In this document: piece by piece, positions 19,395-29,080 of the stretch
Position numbering within the stretch: the first letter of the stretch is position 1
Layout: each line of letters opens with the position of its first letter
Assembly (NCBI GenBank): GCA_963708135.1
Contig: OY970192.1
Coordinates: 1,280,001-1,344,000, forward strand
Length of the DNA stretch: 64,000 bases
Direction: 5' to 3'
Source of the DNA: an uncultured Gemmatimonadales bacterium
Lineage (GTDB): Bacteria > Gemmatimonadota > Gemmatimonadetes > Longimicrobiales > RSA9
Notes under the pieces: generated by a model
The model's database searches: none
Seen by the model: the letters and a program-made list of their open reading frames with translations, nothing else
What the model was told of the DNA's origin: nothing
Translations under genes and position numbers: made by a program

Positions 19395-20510
19395 ATGCGA
19401 AAGGTGCTACCCATCCTGGCCGCCGCGTTCCTGGCCGGGTGCGGACACGCCGGCGTGCCCGCACCGGCTCCGCGTGCGTCCGGGCTGGAGCGCTGGACGG
19501 GCGCGACGCCCGTGGCCTCCCGTGCCGACGAGCCGCACCTGGCGAACCTGCGCATGCTCACGCACGGCGGCCAGAACGCCGAGGCGTACTTCTCCCCCGA
19601 CGGGCGGCACCTCGTGTTCCAGGCCACCTGGCCGGGCGTCAGCCAGTGCGACCAGATCTTCATGATGGACGTAGCGGGCCGGAACCCGCGTCGCGTCTCG
19701 AACGGAGAAGGCAGGACGACCTGCGCCTTCTTCCTCCCGAACGGCCGCATCCTCTACAGCTCGACCCACGCCGCTTCTCCCGACTGCCCCCTGCCGCCCG
19801 ACCGCAGCCAGGGCTACGTCTGGTCGCTCGACGAGTACGACATCTACACCGCCCGCGCGGATGGCGGCGACGTGCGGCTGCTGGCGGGCGCGCCCGGCTA
19901 CGATGCGGAGGCGACGCTCTCGCCCGATGGGCGCACCATCGTCTTCACGTCAACGCGCGGAGGCGACCTCGACATCTATGCCATGGACGTGGACGGCACC
20001 CACGTGCGCCAGCTGACGCACGAGCTCGGCTATGACGGCGGGCCGTTCTTCTCCGCGGACGGGCGCTTCATCGTCTACCGGGCGTATCATCCGGAGACAC
20101 CCGAGCAGATCGAGGACTACCGTGCCCTGCTGAGTCGGCACCTGGTGCGGCCCACGACCCTCGAGATCTGGATCATGAACGCCGACGGCTCGGGCAAGCG
20201 CCAGGTCACACGCCTCGGCGCCGCCAGCTTCGCCCCGTTCTTCCAGCCCGATGGCCGCCGCATCATCTTCAGCTCCAACTACGGCGACCCGCGCGGGCGC
20301 GAGTTCGATCTCTACAGGATCGGCGTGGATGGCTCCGGGCTCGAACGGATCACGCACGCGCCGGAGTTCGATGGATTCCCGATGTTCACGCCCGATGGGA
20401 GGCACCTCGTGTTCGCCTCCAACCGTGGCGGCGCGCATCCGGGCGACACCAACATCTTCCTGGCCGACTGGGTGGAGAGCCCCGCGGCCGGCGAAGCGAC
20501 CGTGCACTGA
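19395..20510 (+). CDS. TolB-like PD40 beta-propeller lipoprotein
   Basis: Lipobox LAGC; NAEAYFSPDG, YDAEATLSPDG, YDGGPFFSADG, FDGFPMFTPDG. Confidence 0.85.
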   Translation: MRKVLPILAAAFLAGCGHAGVPAPAPRASGLERWTGATPVASRADEPHLANLRMLTHGGQNAEAYFSPDGRHLVFQATWPGVSQCDQIFMMDVAGRNPRRVSNGEGRTTCAFFLPNGRILYSSTHAASPDCPLPPDRSQGYVWSLDEYDIYTARADGGDVRLLAGAPGYDAEATLSPDGRTIVFTSTRGGDLDIYAMDVDGTHVRQLTHELGYDGGPFFSADGRFIVYRAYHPETPEQIEDYRALLSRHLVRPTTLEIWIMNADGSGKRQVTRLGAASFAPFFQPDGRRIIFSSNYGDPRGREFDLYRIGVDGSGLERITHAPEFDGFPMFTPDGRHLVFASNRGGAHPGDTNIFLADWVESPAAGEATVH

Positions 20511-20560
20511 GCCCCGGCGCCGCCCGCGGGGCGGCGAGCCGGGCGTATCCAGGGGAGACC

Positions 20561-21721
20561 ATGCTGCGAATCGTGGTTCCGACAGAGAGCACACCGGGCG
20601 AGGCGCGCGTCGCGCTCTCGCCCGAGGCGGCCGGCCGCCTCGTCAAGGCCGGATTCGAGGTCGCCGTCGAGAGCGGGGCGGGCGAGCGCGCCGGATTCCC
20701 CGACGAGCAGTACGCCGCCGCCGGCGCCGGCATCGAAGCGGAGCCCGCCGCGCTGCTCGGCTCCGGCGACATCGTCCTCAAGGTACAGCGGCCGCACCGC
20801 CGCGAGGACGGGCTCGATGAGACCGCCACGATGCGCAGTGGCGCCGTCGTCGTTGCGCTGCTCCAGGCGCTGACGGACCCCGACACCGTGGCCGCGCTGG
20901 CCGCCGCCGGAGTCACCGCCTTCGCCATGGAGCTCGTTCCCCGCATCACGCGGGCGCAGAAGATGGACGCGCTCTCCTCCCAGAGCACCGTGGCCGGCTA
21001 CAAGGCGGCGCTGCTCGCCGCGGATACCACGGGCAAGTTCTTCCCCATGCTCATGACGGCCGCCGGCACCATCCCGCCGGCCCGCGTGCTCGTGCTGGGC
21101 GCCGGCGTCGCCGGCCTCCAGGCGATCGCCACCTGCCGGCGCCTGGGCGCGGTAGTCGAGGCCTTCGACACCCGGCCCGCCGTCAAGGAGCAGGTCGAGA
21201 GCCTCGGCGCGTCCTTCGTGGAGCTGTCTCTCGAGACCACGGATGCGGAGGACTCCGGCGGCTACGCGAAGGAGCTCGCGGCCGACCACCTGCGCCGCGA
21301 GCAGGAGCTCATCGGCGCGCGCGCGGCGAAGGCCGACATCGTCATTACCACGGCTCTCGTGCCCGGCCGCAGGGCACCGCTCCTGATCACCGCCGAGGCC
21401 GTGGAGGCCATGCGCCCCGGCTCCGTCGTGATCGACCTCGCCGGCGAGGCCGGCGGCAACTGCGCCGGAGCCGTGGCCGGCGAGACGGTGGTGCAGCGAG
21501 GCGTGAAGATCGTCGCCCCCACGAACCTGCCCGCCCAGCTCCCGCTGCACGCGAGCCAGATGTACGCGCGTAACGTGGAGGCCGTGGTCGTCCACCTCGT
21601 GCAGGACGGTCAGGTCGTGATCGACATGGACGATGAGATCACGCGCGGCGCGGTCGTCACTCACGGCGGCCAGGTCGTGCACGAGCCGACGAAGGCCATT
21701 CTCGACGAGGTGCGTGTATGA
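20561..21721 (+). CDS. pntAA: NAD(P) transhydrogenase alpha subunit, part 1
   Basis: PRITRAQKMDALSSQ, GAGVAGLQAI, GGYAKE, DIVITTA. Confidence 0.93.
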   Translation: MLRIVVPTESTPGEARVALSPEAAGRLVKAGFEVAVESGAGERAGFPDEQYAAAGAGIEAEPAALLGSGDIVLKVQRPHRREDGLDETATMRSGAVVVALLQALTDPDTVAALAAAGVTAFAMELVPRITRAQKMDALSSQSTVAGYKAALLAADTTGKFFPMLMTAAGTIPPARVLVLGAGVAGLQAIATCRRLGAVVEAFDTRPAVKEQVESLGASFVELSLETTDAEDSGGYAKELAADHLRREQELIGARAAKADIVITTALVPGRRAPLLITAEAVEAMRPGSVVIDLAGEAGGNCAGAVAGETVVQRGVKIVAPTNLPAQLPLHASQMYARNVEAVVVHLVQDGQVVIDMDDEITRGAVVTHGGQVVHEPTKAILDEVRV

Positions 21722-22026
21722 GCCAGGAAGTGCTGCTGGGAGCCTACGTGTTCCTGCTCGCGATCTTCGTTGGGTTCGAGGTCATCGGACGGGTGCCCTC
21801 CATTCTCCACACCCCGCTCATGTCCGGCACCAACGCCATCCACGGCATCGTCCTGCTCGGCGCCATGCTCGTCGCCGGCTCCGCGGACACGCCAACCCTC
21901 AAGGTGCTCGGGTTCCTCGCGGTCGTGCTCGGAGCCGCCAACGTGTTCGGCGGCTTCGTCGTCACCGACCGCATGCTCGAGATGTTCAAGAAGAAGCCGG
22001 CCACGGCGCCGGAGGAGAAGCGGTGA
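21718..22026 (+). CDS. pntAB: NAD(P) transhydrogenase alpha subunit, part 2
   Basis: LHTPLMSGTNAIHG, NVFGGFVVTDRMLEMF. Confidence 0.93.
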   Translation: MSQEVLLGAYVFLLAIFVGFEVIGRVPSILHTPLMSGTNAIHGIVLLGAMLVAGSADTPTLKVLGFLAVVLGAANVFGGFVVTDRMLEMFKKKPATAPEEKR

Positions 22027-23435
22027 TGGGGCCGCGTGAAGTCATTATCGGGCTGACCTATTTCCTGTCGGCGATCCTCTTCATTCTCGGGCTGAAACAG
22101 CTCTCCTCGCCCGCAACGGCGCGCTCCGGCAACCGCCTCGCCGCCATCGGCATGGCGCTCGCCCTCGTCGTGACGCTGCTCGACCGCCAGATCGTCAGCT
22201 ACACCTCGATCGCCATCGGGACCCTCATCGGCGCGGGCATCGGCATCTACTGGGGCCGCACCGTCAAGATGACCGCCATGCCTCAGATGGTGGCCATCTT
22301 CAATGGCATGGGCGGCGCCACCGCGGCCCTCGTCTCCATCGCCGAATATACCCGCTACAGCGCCGCCGGCGCGGCACTCGCGGCCCCTGGCGTGGGCGAG
22401 CTCGCCTCCGTCGCCCTCGGCACCGCCATCGGCGCCGTATCCGCCACCGGCAGTGTCATTGCCTTCGGCAAGCTCCAGGAGCTCTTCAGCGACAGGCCGC
22501 TCCGCTTTCCCGGCCAGATGGCGTTCAACAGCCTGCTGCTCCTCGTCATCGTCGTGCTCGGCGCGTTCGTGACCGCCGGCCGCGGCGACGCTGCCATCCT
22601 CTGGGGCCTCGCCGGCGCGGCCGGCCTGCTCGGCGTCCTCGCCGTGCTGCCGATCGGTGGCGCGGACATGCCCGTCGTCATCGCGCTCCTCAACTCCTTC
22701 ACCGGCGTGGCGGCGGCGCTCACCGGGTTCGTGGTGAACAACCAGATCCTGGTCGTGGCGGGAGCCCTCGTCGGCGCCTCCGGCATGCTGCTCACGCTGC
22801 TCATGAGCCGCGCCATGAACCGCGCGATCTCGAACGTCCTCTTCGGCGCCTTCGGCGGTGGCGGCGCCGTCGCCCTGAGCGGCGCGGCGGGCAACGGACG
22901 CAAGGTCGTCCGCGAGACCTCGGCCGAGGACGTCGCCATCGCGCTCGCCTTCGCTCGCAACGTCGTGTTCGTGCCCGGTTACGGCCTCGCCGTCGCCCAG
23001 GCACAGCACACCATCCGCGAGCTCGCCGATGAGCTCGAGAAGCGCGGCGTGAACGTCCGGTACGCCATTCATCCCGTCGCCGGCCGCATGCCCGGGCACA
23101 TGAACGTGCTGCTCGCCGAGGCCAACGTCCCCTACGATCAGCTCGCCGAGATGGAGCAGATCAACGGCGAGTTCGACAACACGGACGTCGTGCTGGTCAT
23201 CGGCGCCAACGACGTGGTCAACCCCGCGGCCCGCACGGACCCCGCGAGCCCGATCTTCGGGATGCCGATCCTCGACGTGGACCGGGCACGCAACGTCATC
23301 ATCCTCAAGCGCAGCATGAATCCCGGCTTCGCGGGCATCGACAACGCCCTCTTCTATCGCGACAACAGCCGCATGCTCTTCGGTGACGCCAAGAAGTCGC
23401 TTTCCTCCCTGGTCACCGCCGTCAAGGAGGTGTGA
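22026..23435 (+). CDS. pntB: NAD(P) transhydrogenase beta subunit
   Basis: MPQMVA, IGGADMPVV, HPVAGRMPGHMNVLLAEA, GANDVVNPAA, GDAK. Confidence 0.95.
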   Translation: MGPREVIIGLTYFLSAILFILGLKQLSSPATARSGNRLAAIGMALALVVTLLDRQIVSYTSIAIGTLIGAGIGIYWGRTVKMTAMPQMVAIFNGMGGATAALVSIAEYTRYSAAGAALAAPGVGELASVALGTAIGAVSATGSVIAFGKLQELFSDRPLRFPGQMAFNSLLLLVIVVLGAFVTAGRGDAAILWGLAGAAGLLGVLAVLPIGGADMPVVIALLNSFTGVAAALTGFVVNNQILVVAGALVGASGMLLTLLMSRAMNRAISNVLFGAFGGGGAVALSGAAGNGRKVVRETSAEDVAIALAFARNVVFVPGYGLAVAQAQHTIRELADELEKRGVNVRYAIHPVAGRMPGHMNVLLAEANVPYDQLAEMEQINGEFDNTDVVLVIGANDVVNPAARTDPASPIFGMPILDVDRARNVIILKRSMNPGFAGIDNALFYRDNSRMLFGDAKKSLSSLVTAVKEV

Positions 23436-23633
23436 GGCCCGGTCCCACGTGCGCTGTAGGCCGATTCCGGACACCGGCGGGCGAATTGCGCCCGTTTTTC
23501 CCCCGCCGAATTCCGCCATACCCCGACGCCCCGGCCCCCCGGCCGGGGTTATTCCTTGCATGTGCGTGGATGAGCGGGGATTGAGAAGCCGCACCGCTTG
23601 CGGTAACTTCAGGCACCAAATGACAACGGAGCC

Positions 23634-24398
23634 ATGACTTACGGGGGATCGATGGGTGCGGAGCCGGCGCGCTGCGTCGCCGAGGCTGACCTGCCGCTCG
23701 CGCTGGATGGCGTGGCGCGGCGCTTTGCCCGGCGCTGGGTGCTGCGCGGCATCCGGCTTTCCGTCGAGCCGGGCGAGGCCGTGGCGCTGATGGGGCGCAA
23801 CGGCAGCGGCAAGACGACGCTGCTCCGGATCGTGTCCACGGCCCTCTCGCCCACGCGGGGCGGCGGCCGGATCTTCGGCCGCGACCTGCTGAGCGAGGGC
23901 GACCGGATCCGCGAGGTGGTGGGCGTGCTCGCCCACTCCGCCGGCCTCTACGAGGACCTCAGCGCCGCCGAGAACCTTCGCTTCGCGCTCCGCATGAACG
24001 GCCTCGCCGCCGACCGGCAGACCATTCTCCGCGTGCTCTCCGAGGTCGGCCTCGCCGGCGAGGTCGATGAGCGCGTGCGCGGCTTCTCGTCCGGCATGCG
24101 ACGCCGGCTCTCGCTCGCTCGCGTGCTGCTCCGGCCCCCCCGACTCCTCCTGCTCGACGAGCCCTACGCCAGCTTCGATGTCGACGGCATCGACCTCGTC
24201 AACGCCTTCGTGCGGCGCGTGGTCGATGGCGGCGGCGCCGCCCTCGTCGCCACGCACGACCTGCGCCGTGCGCTCTCGGTCGTCGACCGCGTCGTCCGCA
24301 TCGAGGACGGCCTCCTCGTCGAGGGCGCCGCGGACACCGCCGAGGACGATGCCTCTCCGGCGGCCGACCCCTTCCTCCTGCAGAGCGAGGGCGTATGA
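23634..24398 (+). CDS. ccmA: Heme ABC exporter ATP-binding protein CcmA
   Basis: GRNGSGKTT, FSSGMRRR, LLDEP; first gene of the ccm cluster. Confidence 0.88.
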   Translation: MTYGGSMGAEPARCVAEADLPLALDGVARRFARRWVLRGIRLSVEPGEAVALMGRNGSGKTTLLRIVSTALSPTRGGGRIFGRDLLSEGDRIREVVGVLAHSAGLYEDLSAAENLRFALRMNGLAADRQTILRVLSEVGLAGEVDERVRGFSSGMRRRLSLARVLLRPPRLLLLDEPYASFDVDGIDLVNAFVRRVVDGGGAALVATHDLRRALSVVDRVVRIEDGLLVEGAADTAEDDASPAADPFLLQSEGV

Positions 24399-25081
24399 GC
24401 GTGCGCGCCGAAATGGCCCGCGTGGGCGCCATCGCGTGGAAGGACCTCACCGCCGAGCGCCGGACCAAGGCCAACTTCAACGCCGTGCTCTTCTTTACGG
24501 CGCTGGTGCTGCTCCTCTTCGGGTTCGCGCTCGGCCCCGACCAGGCCGCGCTCCGCCAGGCCGCCGCCGGCGTGCTCTGGCTCACGATCCTGTTCGGCGG
24601 CGTGCTCTCCTTCAACCGCTCCTACGAGCTCGAGCTCGAGGGTGGCGCCCTCGAGGCGCTCCTGCTCTATCCGGGCGACCGCCGCTCGCTCTTCCTCGGC
24701 AAGCTGCTCGCGAACCTCGCCTTCCTCGCGCTCGTCGAGGTCGTCCTGGTCCCGCTGGCCTCCGTGCTCTACGATCTGCCCCTGCTCGCGCCCGGCGGCG
24801 GCCTCCTGCTCGTCATGGTGCTCGGTACCGTCGGCTTCGTCACCCTCGGGACCTTCTACGCCGCCATGGCCAGCCGCATCCGTGCCCGGGAGGTCATGCT
24901 CCCGCTGCTGCTCTTCCCGATGCTCGTGCCGCTCCTGCTCTGCTCCGTGGAGGCCACCAAGGCCCTCCTCATCGGTGACATCATGGGCGACAGCGGCGCC
25001 TGGATCCGACTGCTCACCGTGTTCGACCTGATCTTCCTGGTGGCGTCCTTCTTCGCCTTCGGCTATGTGATCGAGGAGTAG
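24395..25081 (+). CDS. ccmB: Heme exporter permease CcmB
   Basis: WKDL..E.R, LFLGKL, LPLLLFP; about six TM segments. Confidence 0.88.
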   Translation: MSVRAEMARVGAIAWKDLTAERRTKANFNAVLFFTALVLLLFGFALGPDQAALRQAAAGVLWLTILFGGVLSFNRSYELELEGGALEALLLYPGDRRSLFLGKLLANLAFLALVEVVLVPLASVLYDLPLLAPGGGLLLVMVLGTVGFVTLGTFYAAMASRIRAREVMLPLLLFPMLVPLLLCSVEATKALLIGDIMGDSGAWIRLLTVFDLIFLVASFFAFGYVIEE

Positions 25082-25086
25082 TTTCA

Positions 25087-25812
25087 ATGGCTTCCACTAC
25101 CATCGACACCGCCTCGCTCCGGCCTCGCTGGCTGCGCATCTGGGGGTGGGCTTCGCTGGCCTTCTTCGTCTTCAGCCAGGTAACGGCGGTCGTCATCTCG
25201 CCGCCCGACCGTGACATGGGAGACCTCGAGAAGATCCTCTACGTCCACGTGCCCGCCGCCTGGATCAGCTTCGTCGCCTATGGCATCGTTTTCGTCTGCA
25301 GCGTCCTCTACCTCTGGAAGCGCGAGATCCGCTACGACCTCGCCGCCGCCGCCGCGGCCGAGGTCGGCGTCGTGCTCACCGGCCTCACGCTCGGCCTCGG
25401 CAGCATCTGGGGACGGCCCACCTGGGGCGTCTGGTGGACCTGGGATGCCCGCCTCACCAGCACCGCCGTGCTCTTCCTCATGTACGTCGGCTATCTCGCG
25501 CTGCGCGCCTTCACCGAGGACGAGCACCGCCGCGCCCGCTGGAGCGCCGCCGTCGGGCTCCTCGGCTTTCTGAACGTCTACATCGTCTACATGTCCGTCC
25601 GCTGGTGGCGTACCCTCCACCAGCTCCAGTCCGCCCCGTCCACGGTCGACCCGCGCTACGGCATCGGACTGCGCCTCAATGCGTTCGCGTTCACCTTCCT
25701 CCTCGTCTACTTCGTCGTCGCACGCTACCGGGTGGCCCGCCTCGAGCGGGAGATCGAAGCCCGGGCGGAGGAGGCGGCACTCGCTCCCGAAGGAGTCGGC
25801 GCCCATGCCTAA
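25087..25812 (+). CDS. ccmC: Heme exporter/chaperone loader CcmC
   Basis: YVHVP, WGRPTWGVWWTWDARLT (WWD domain), WWRTLHQ. Confidence 0.92.
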   Translation: MASTTIDTASLRPRWLRIWGWASLAFFVFSQVTAVVISPPDRDMGDLEKILYVHVPAAWISFVAYGIVFVCSVLYLWKREIRYDLAAAAAAEVGVVLTGLTLGLGSIWGRPTWGVWWTWDARLTSTAVLFLMYVGYLALRAFTEDEHRRARWSAAVGLLGFLNVYIVYMSVRWWRTLHQLQSAPSTVDPRYGIGLRLNAFAFTFLLVYFVVARYRVARLEREIEARAEEAALAPEGVGAHA

Positions 25813-25939
25813 CAACTGGGATTTCGTCGGGGCCGCCTACGGCCTCACCTGGATCGTCCTGGCCGGCTATACGCTCTACCTCGTTCGCCGCAGGCACGCA
25901 GTCGAAGAGCTGGCAAGAAGGGAGGAGGAGGCGCGATGA
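25805..25939 (+). CDS. ccmD: CcmD-like small membrane protein, 44 aa
   Basis: MPNNWDFVGAAYGLTWIVL... single TM plus charged tail; lies between ccmC and ccmE, overlapping both. Confidence 0.7.
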   Translation: MPNNWDFVGAAYGLTWIVLAGYTLYLVRRRHAVEELARREEEAR

Positions 25940-26385
25940 AACGCAAGAAGCTGATCCCGGCCCTCGTCGGCGCCGTGATCGTGCTCGGTGGGTTCGGCTA
26001 CCTCATCTACGGCGGGATCGACAACAACCTCGTCTATTTCCTCACGCCCACCGAGCTCCAGGCCAAGGGCGCGAAGGCGATCGGCGCTCCCGTACGCCTC
26101 GGCGGCCAGGTCGTACCGGGTAGCGTCGTCTGGAACGCCCAGGCCCTCGACCTCCAGTTCCGCATGACCGACGGCAAGGATGCCGTCAAGGTGCATTCCA
26201 CCAGCACCCCGCCGCAGATGTTCCGCGACGGAATGGGCGTCGTCGTCGAGGGCAAGCTCGCCGCCGACGGCGTCTTCGAGGCCAGCAACCTCATGGTCAA
26301 GCACTCCAACGAGTACCAACCTCCTCGCGCCGGCCACGAGCCCGAGGAGATGTACAAGACGCTCATCAAGGATCCGAAGAGCTGA
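25936..26385 (+). CDS. ccmE: Heme chaperone CcmE
   Basis: VYFLTP, RLGGQV, FRDG.GVVVEG, KHSNEY (HxxxY heme site). Confidence 0.92.
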   Translation: MKRKKLIPALVGAVIVLGGFGYLIYGGIDNNLVYFLTPTELQAKGAKAIGAPVRLGGQVVPGSVVWNAQALDLQFRMTDGKDAVKVHSTSTPPQMFRDGMGVVVEGKLAADGVFEASNLMVKHSNEYQPPRAGHEPEEMYKTLIKDPKS

Positions 26386-26491
26386 GGAGGTCCCCCGGCG
26401 CGCCGCGCCGGAACGGAACCTGCCTGAGTGCCGAGCGCCCGGCCGGGAGTCCCCGGCCGGGCGCTTCTTCACGCCGATTCGAGGGGGGCCC

Positions 26492-26992
26492 GTGGACTGG
26501 GTGCACGTACATCTCATGGTGAACCACTTTCCGATCATCCTCGGCATGGTCGCGGCCGCGGGCGTCCTGGCCGCCCTCTTCACGCGCCGAGAGTTCTTCT
26601 GGATCTACGCCTGCGTGACTGCGATCCTCGCGGCCATCGCGGCGCCCGTGGCCTACATCACCGGCGATCAGGCCGGGGACGTCGCCCGCCACTTCTGGTA
26701 CGTCGACCGACCCGAGATCCACGACCACGAAGAGGCGGCCCTCTACACGCTCATCATCCTCATCGCCGCCGGCCTCGCCGCCATCTGGGCGCTCTACCGC
26801 CGCAACCCCCGCATCCGCGCCCTCTTCGCCGTCCTCATCATCGCAGGTGCCCTTTCCGGCGGCTTCACCGGCCTCGAGGGCGGCCATATCGTCCACACCA
26901 GTCCCAAGCTCGAGCCCAAGGTACGGCCGGACTCGACGGCGCCCGTCACACCAGCCGCCCCGCCGGCCGCCACGGCTCCCGGAAGGGGTTGA
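26492..26992 (+). CDS. DUF2231-like four-TM His-containing membrane protein
   Basis: HLMVNHFPI, TGDQA, HDHEE, GGHIVH. Start is GTG 26492 or ATG 26516. Confidence 0.6.
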   Translation: MDWVHVHLMVNHFPIILGMVAAAGVLAALFTRREFFWIYACVTAILAAIAAPVAYITGDQAGDVARHFWYVDRPEIHDHEEAALYTLIILIAAGLAAIWALYRRNPRIRALFAVLIIAGALSGGFTGLEGGHIVHTSPKLEPKVRPDSTAPVTPAAPPAATAPGRG

Positions 26993-27251
26993 TCCGGCCG
27001 GCCGACGTGCGCCGGCCAAGCCCGCGTCCGGTCTGGACCCGCCAGGCCGACTGAACCCGAGCGAGCCGAGCTGGGCGCGTGCGCCGCCGTTCGGCCCCGG
27101 GCATCGCCGGCCGCGCCAGAGCCCCTCGTCCACCACCCGCTTCGCCCGCCCCCGCCACCCCGTCCGCGCCCCGGCCCGTGCCGGCGACCGGGCGCATCAT
27201 TTTCAGGCGATTCCCCACGCCATCCCGGTGCCGACCTGGTGCCGGCTTCCC

Positions 27252-27266
27252 TGGCCCACCGCTTGC
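27252..27266 (+). promoter_or_regulatory. Candidate sigma54 -24/-12 promoter for the first multiheme operon
   Basis: TGGCCCACCGCTTGC has exact GG-N10-GC spacing with TGGC and TTGC. Confidence 0.5.
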
Positions 27267-27386
27267 CTTGTTACGTACCGGAAAGACGCTCCAGCGGCTC
27301 CCCTCCACCAGACAGGATTTCGCGACGTGACGCGACGAACTGGCAATGCGATGCCCCGCCTGGACAGCCGTGGCCGACCCAGCGGC

Positions 27387-27432
27387 GGGGGATATCCCCC
27401 GCACGGAGGGCCTCGGGCGGGGGATATCCCCC
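27387..27432. repeat. Twin perfect palindromes GGGGGATATCCCCC, 32 nt apart
   Basis: Copies at 27387-27400 and 27419-27432. Confidence 0.8.
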
Positions 27433-27494
27433 GGCCCCGCCCCGCACGGAGCGAGGAGGCGGCATGCCTTGACGGGGTGCTGCTGGAAGCTGGT

Positions 27495-27593
27495 ATGGAG
27501 GAACGTCGGCCGCTGCCGGCCTATCTGGCCATCGCGCTCTTTGCGCTCGTGATGGCGGCGTTGCTGACGCCGGGACTCACCCTGCGACTCTGA
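27495..27593 (+). CDS. Micropeptide, 32 aa, single hydrophobic helix (copy 1)
   Basis: MEERRPLPAYLAIALFALVMAALLTPGLTLRL; its 17-aa core is identical to 36201-36311 with only synonymous DNA changes. Confidence 0.7.
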   Translation: MEERRPLPAYLAIALFALVMAALLTPGLTLRL

Positions 27594-27602
27594 AGGGTTC
27601 TC

Positions 27603-29045
27603 ATGGAAAGCCTGAAGCGGCATCTCGGAATCCTGATGGCGATAGTTCTGACGGCGGGAGCGGTTGCGGGGTGTGTGGACGAGAAGAAGGTTCTCGAGCC
27701 GAGCCCGAGCTTCGAGACGCCGCCCGCGGCGGCGGAGGGCTTCCTCGGTTACGCCGACACCGTGGCGGGGAAGCCGGTATGCGGCAACTGCCACGCCGGC
27801 AAGTACGCGGAGTGGAAGCAGACGAAGCACGCGCAGGCGTGGGCGGACCTGCAGGCCAGCGGCCATGCCACGGCGGCGTGCGAGGGCTGCCACACGGTGG
27901 GCGCGTACGGGAACCTGGTCGTGGACTCGATGGTGGGGTGGACGGCGACGCACGACGCGCGCTATCACGACGTGCAGTGCGAGAGCTGCCATGGGCCGGG
28001 GATGACGCACGTGACGAACGCGGACGCGAGCCAGCCGCTGGCGTCGATGCTGGTCGGGGTCGGCCTGAAGAGCGGCTGCGGGGAGTGCCACTCGGGGACG
28101 CACAACCCCTTCCTCGAGGAGTGGTCGCAGTCGGCGCACGGACTCGTGCCCCACCAGTCGGGTCACGCCGGCCAGGCGGAGCCCTGCATTTCCTGCCACA
28201 CGGGGGACGTCGCGCTGCAGTCGTGGGGTGAGGATCCGAACTACCTGGAAAAGGACAGTCTGCAGGCGGTGGCCGGCCACCTGCCCATCAGCTGCCCGAT
28301 CTGCCACGATCCGCACAACGCGACGATCGACAAGCAGCTGCGCTTCCCGATCGATGTCGCCAGCGTGGACGACAACCTGTGTATGAAGTGCCACCACTAT
28401 CGGGGCACGCCGGACCCGACGTCGTCGCACGGCCCGATGTCGCCGCAGGGCCCGCTTCTGCTCGGACTGGCGGGCTGGCGCTCGCCGGACTTCGGGCCGA
28501 CCCAGGATCTAAAGGGAACGCACGGCTCTTCGGGCAACAAGGACCTGTGCGTCACCTGTCACGTGGCCCGGATGGACGTGACGGACGCGAGCGGCACCGT
28601 CGTCTTCAATTCGACCGGCCATCTCTTCGTGGCCACGCCCTGCCTCGACGCGGCCGGCAAGCCTACGGCGGCCGAGGACTGCGAGACCAGCCAGCGCAGC
28701 TTTGCGGCCTGCGCGCAGAGCGGCTGCCACGGAAGTCCCGACGCCGCGCAGTCGGCGGAGAGTGTGGCGCGCACCCGCATCGCCGACCTGGTGGCCGAGG
28801 TCAACGCGATGGTGAGCAGGGCGCCCGCGTCGGAGTTCAACACGAGCGACCCGACCTCGACCGCGGAGGGCGCGAAGTTCAACGCCGACCTCGGAGCCAT
28901 GGCGGGATCTCCGATCCACAATCCGTTCCTGATGGAGGCGCTGCTGACGGCCAGCATCAAGCAGCTCCAGAAGGACTACGGCATCGTGCCCACGGCCGGT
29001 GTCACCCTGAACAACGTCCTTCCCCGCGAGGTCATGTCGAAGTAG
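27603..29045 (+). CDS. Multiheme c-type cytochrome lipoprotein (8 CxxCH + 1 CxxxxCH), copy 1
   Basis: Lipobox VAGC; CGNCH, CEGCH, CESCH, CGECH, CISCH, CPICH, CMKCH, CVTCH, CAQSGCH; helical C-terminus. Confidence 0.9.
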   Translation: MESLKRHLGILMAIVLTAGAVAGCVDEKKVLEPSPSFETPPAAAEGFLGYADTVAGKPVCGNCHAGKYAEWKQTKHAQAWADLQASGHATAACEGCHTVGAYGNLVVDSMVGWTATHDARYHDVQCESCHGPGMTHVTNADASQPLASMLVGVGLKSGCGECHSGTHNPFLEEWSQSAHGLVPHQSGHAGQAEPCISCHTGDVALQSWGEDPNYLEKDSLQAVAGHLPISCPICHDPHNATIDKQLRFPIDVASVDDNLCMKCHHYRGTPDPTSSHGPMSPQGPLLLGLAGWRSPDFGPTQDLKGTHGSSGNKDLCVTCHVARMDVTDASGTVVFNSTGHLFVATPCLDAAGKPTAAEDCETSQRSFAACAQSGCHGSPDAAQSAESVARTRIADLVAEVNAMVSRAPASEFNTSDPTSTAEGAKFNADLGAMAGSPIHNPFLMEALLTASIKQLQKDYGIVPTAGVTLNNVLPREVMSK

Positions 29046-29080
29046 CGCCAATCCTTCGACACGCCCGAACGGGAGGAGAA

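Noticed and set aside
27603..29045. NrfA, octaheme nitrite reductase or HAO assignment for the nonaheme lipoproteins
   Set aside because: No CxxCK motif was seen and no other diagnostic catalytic residues could be identified by eye.
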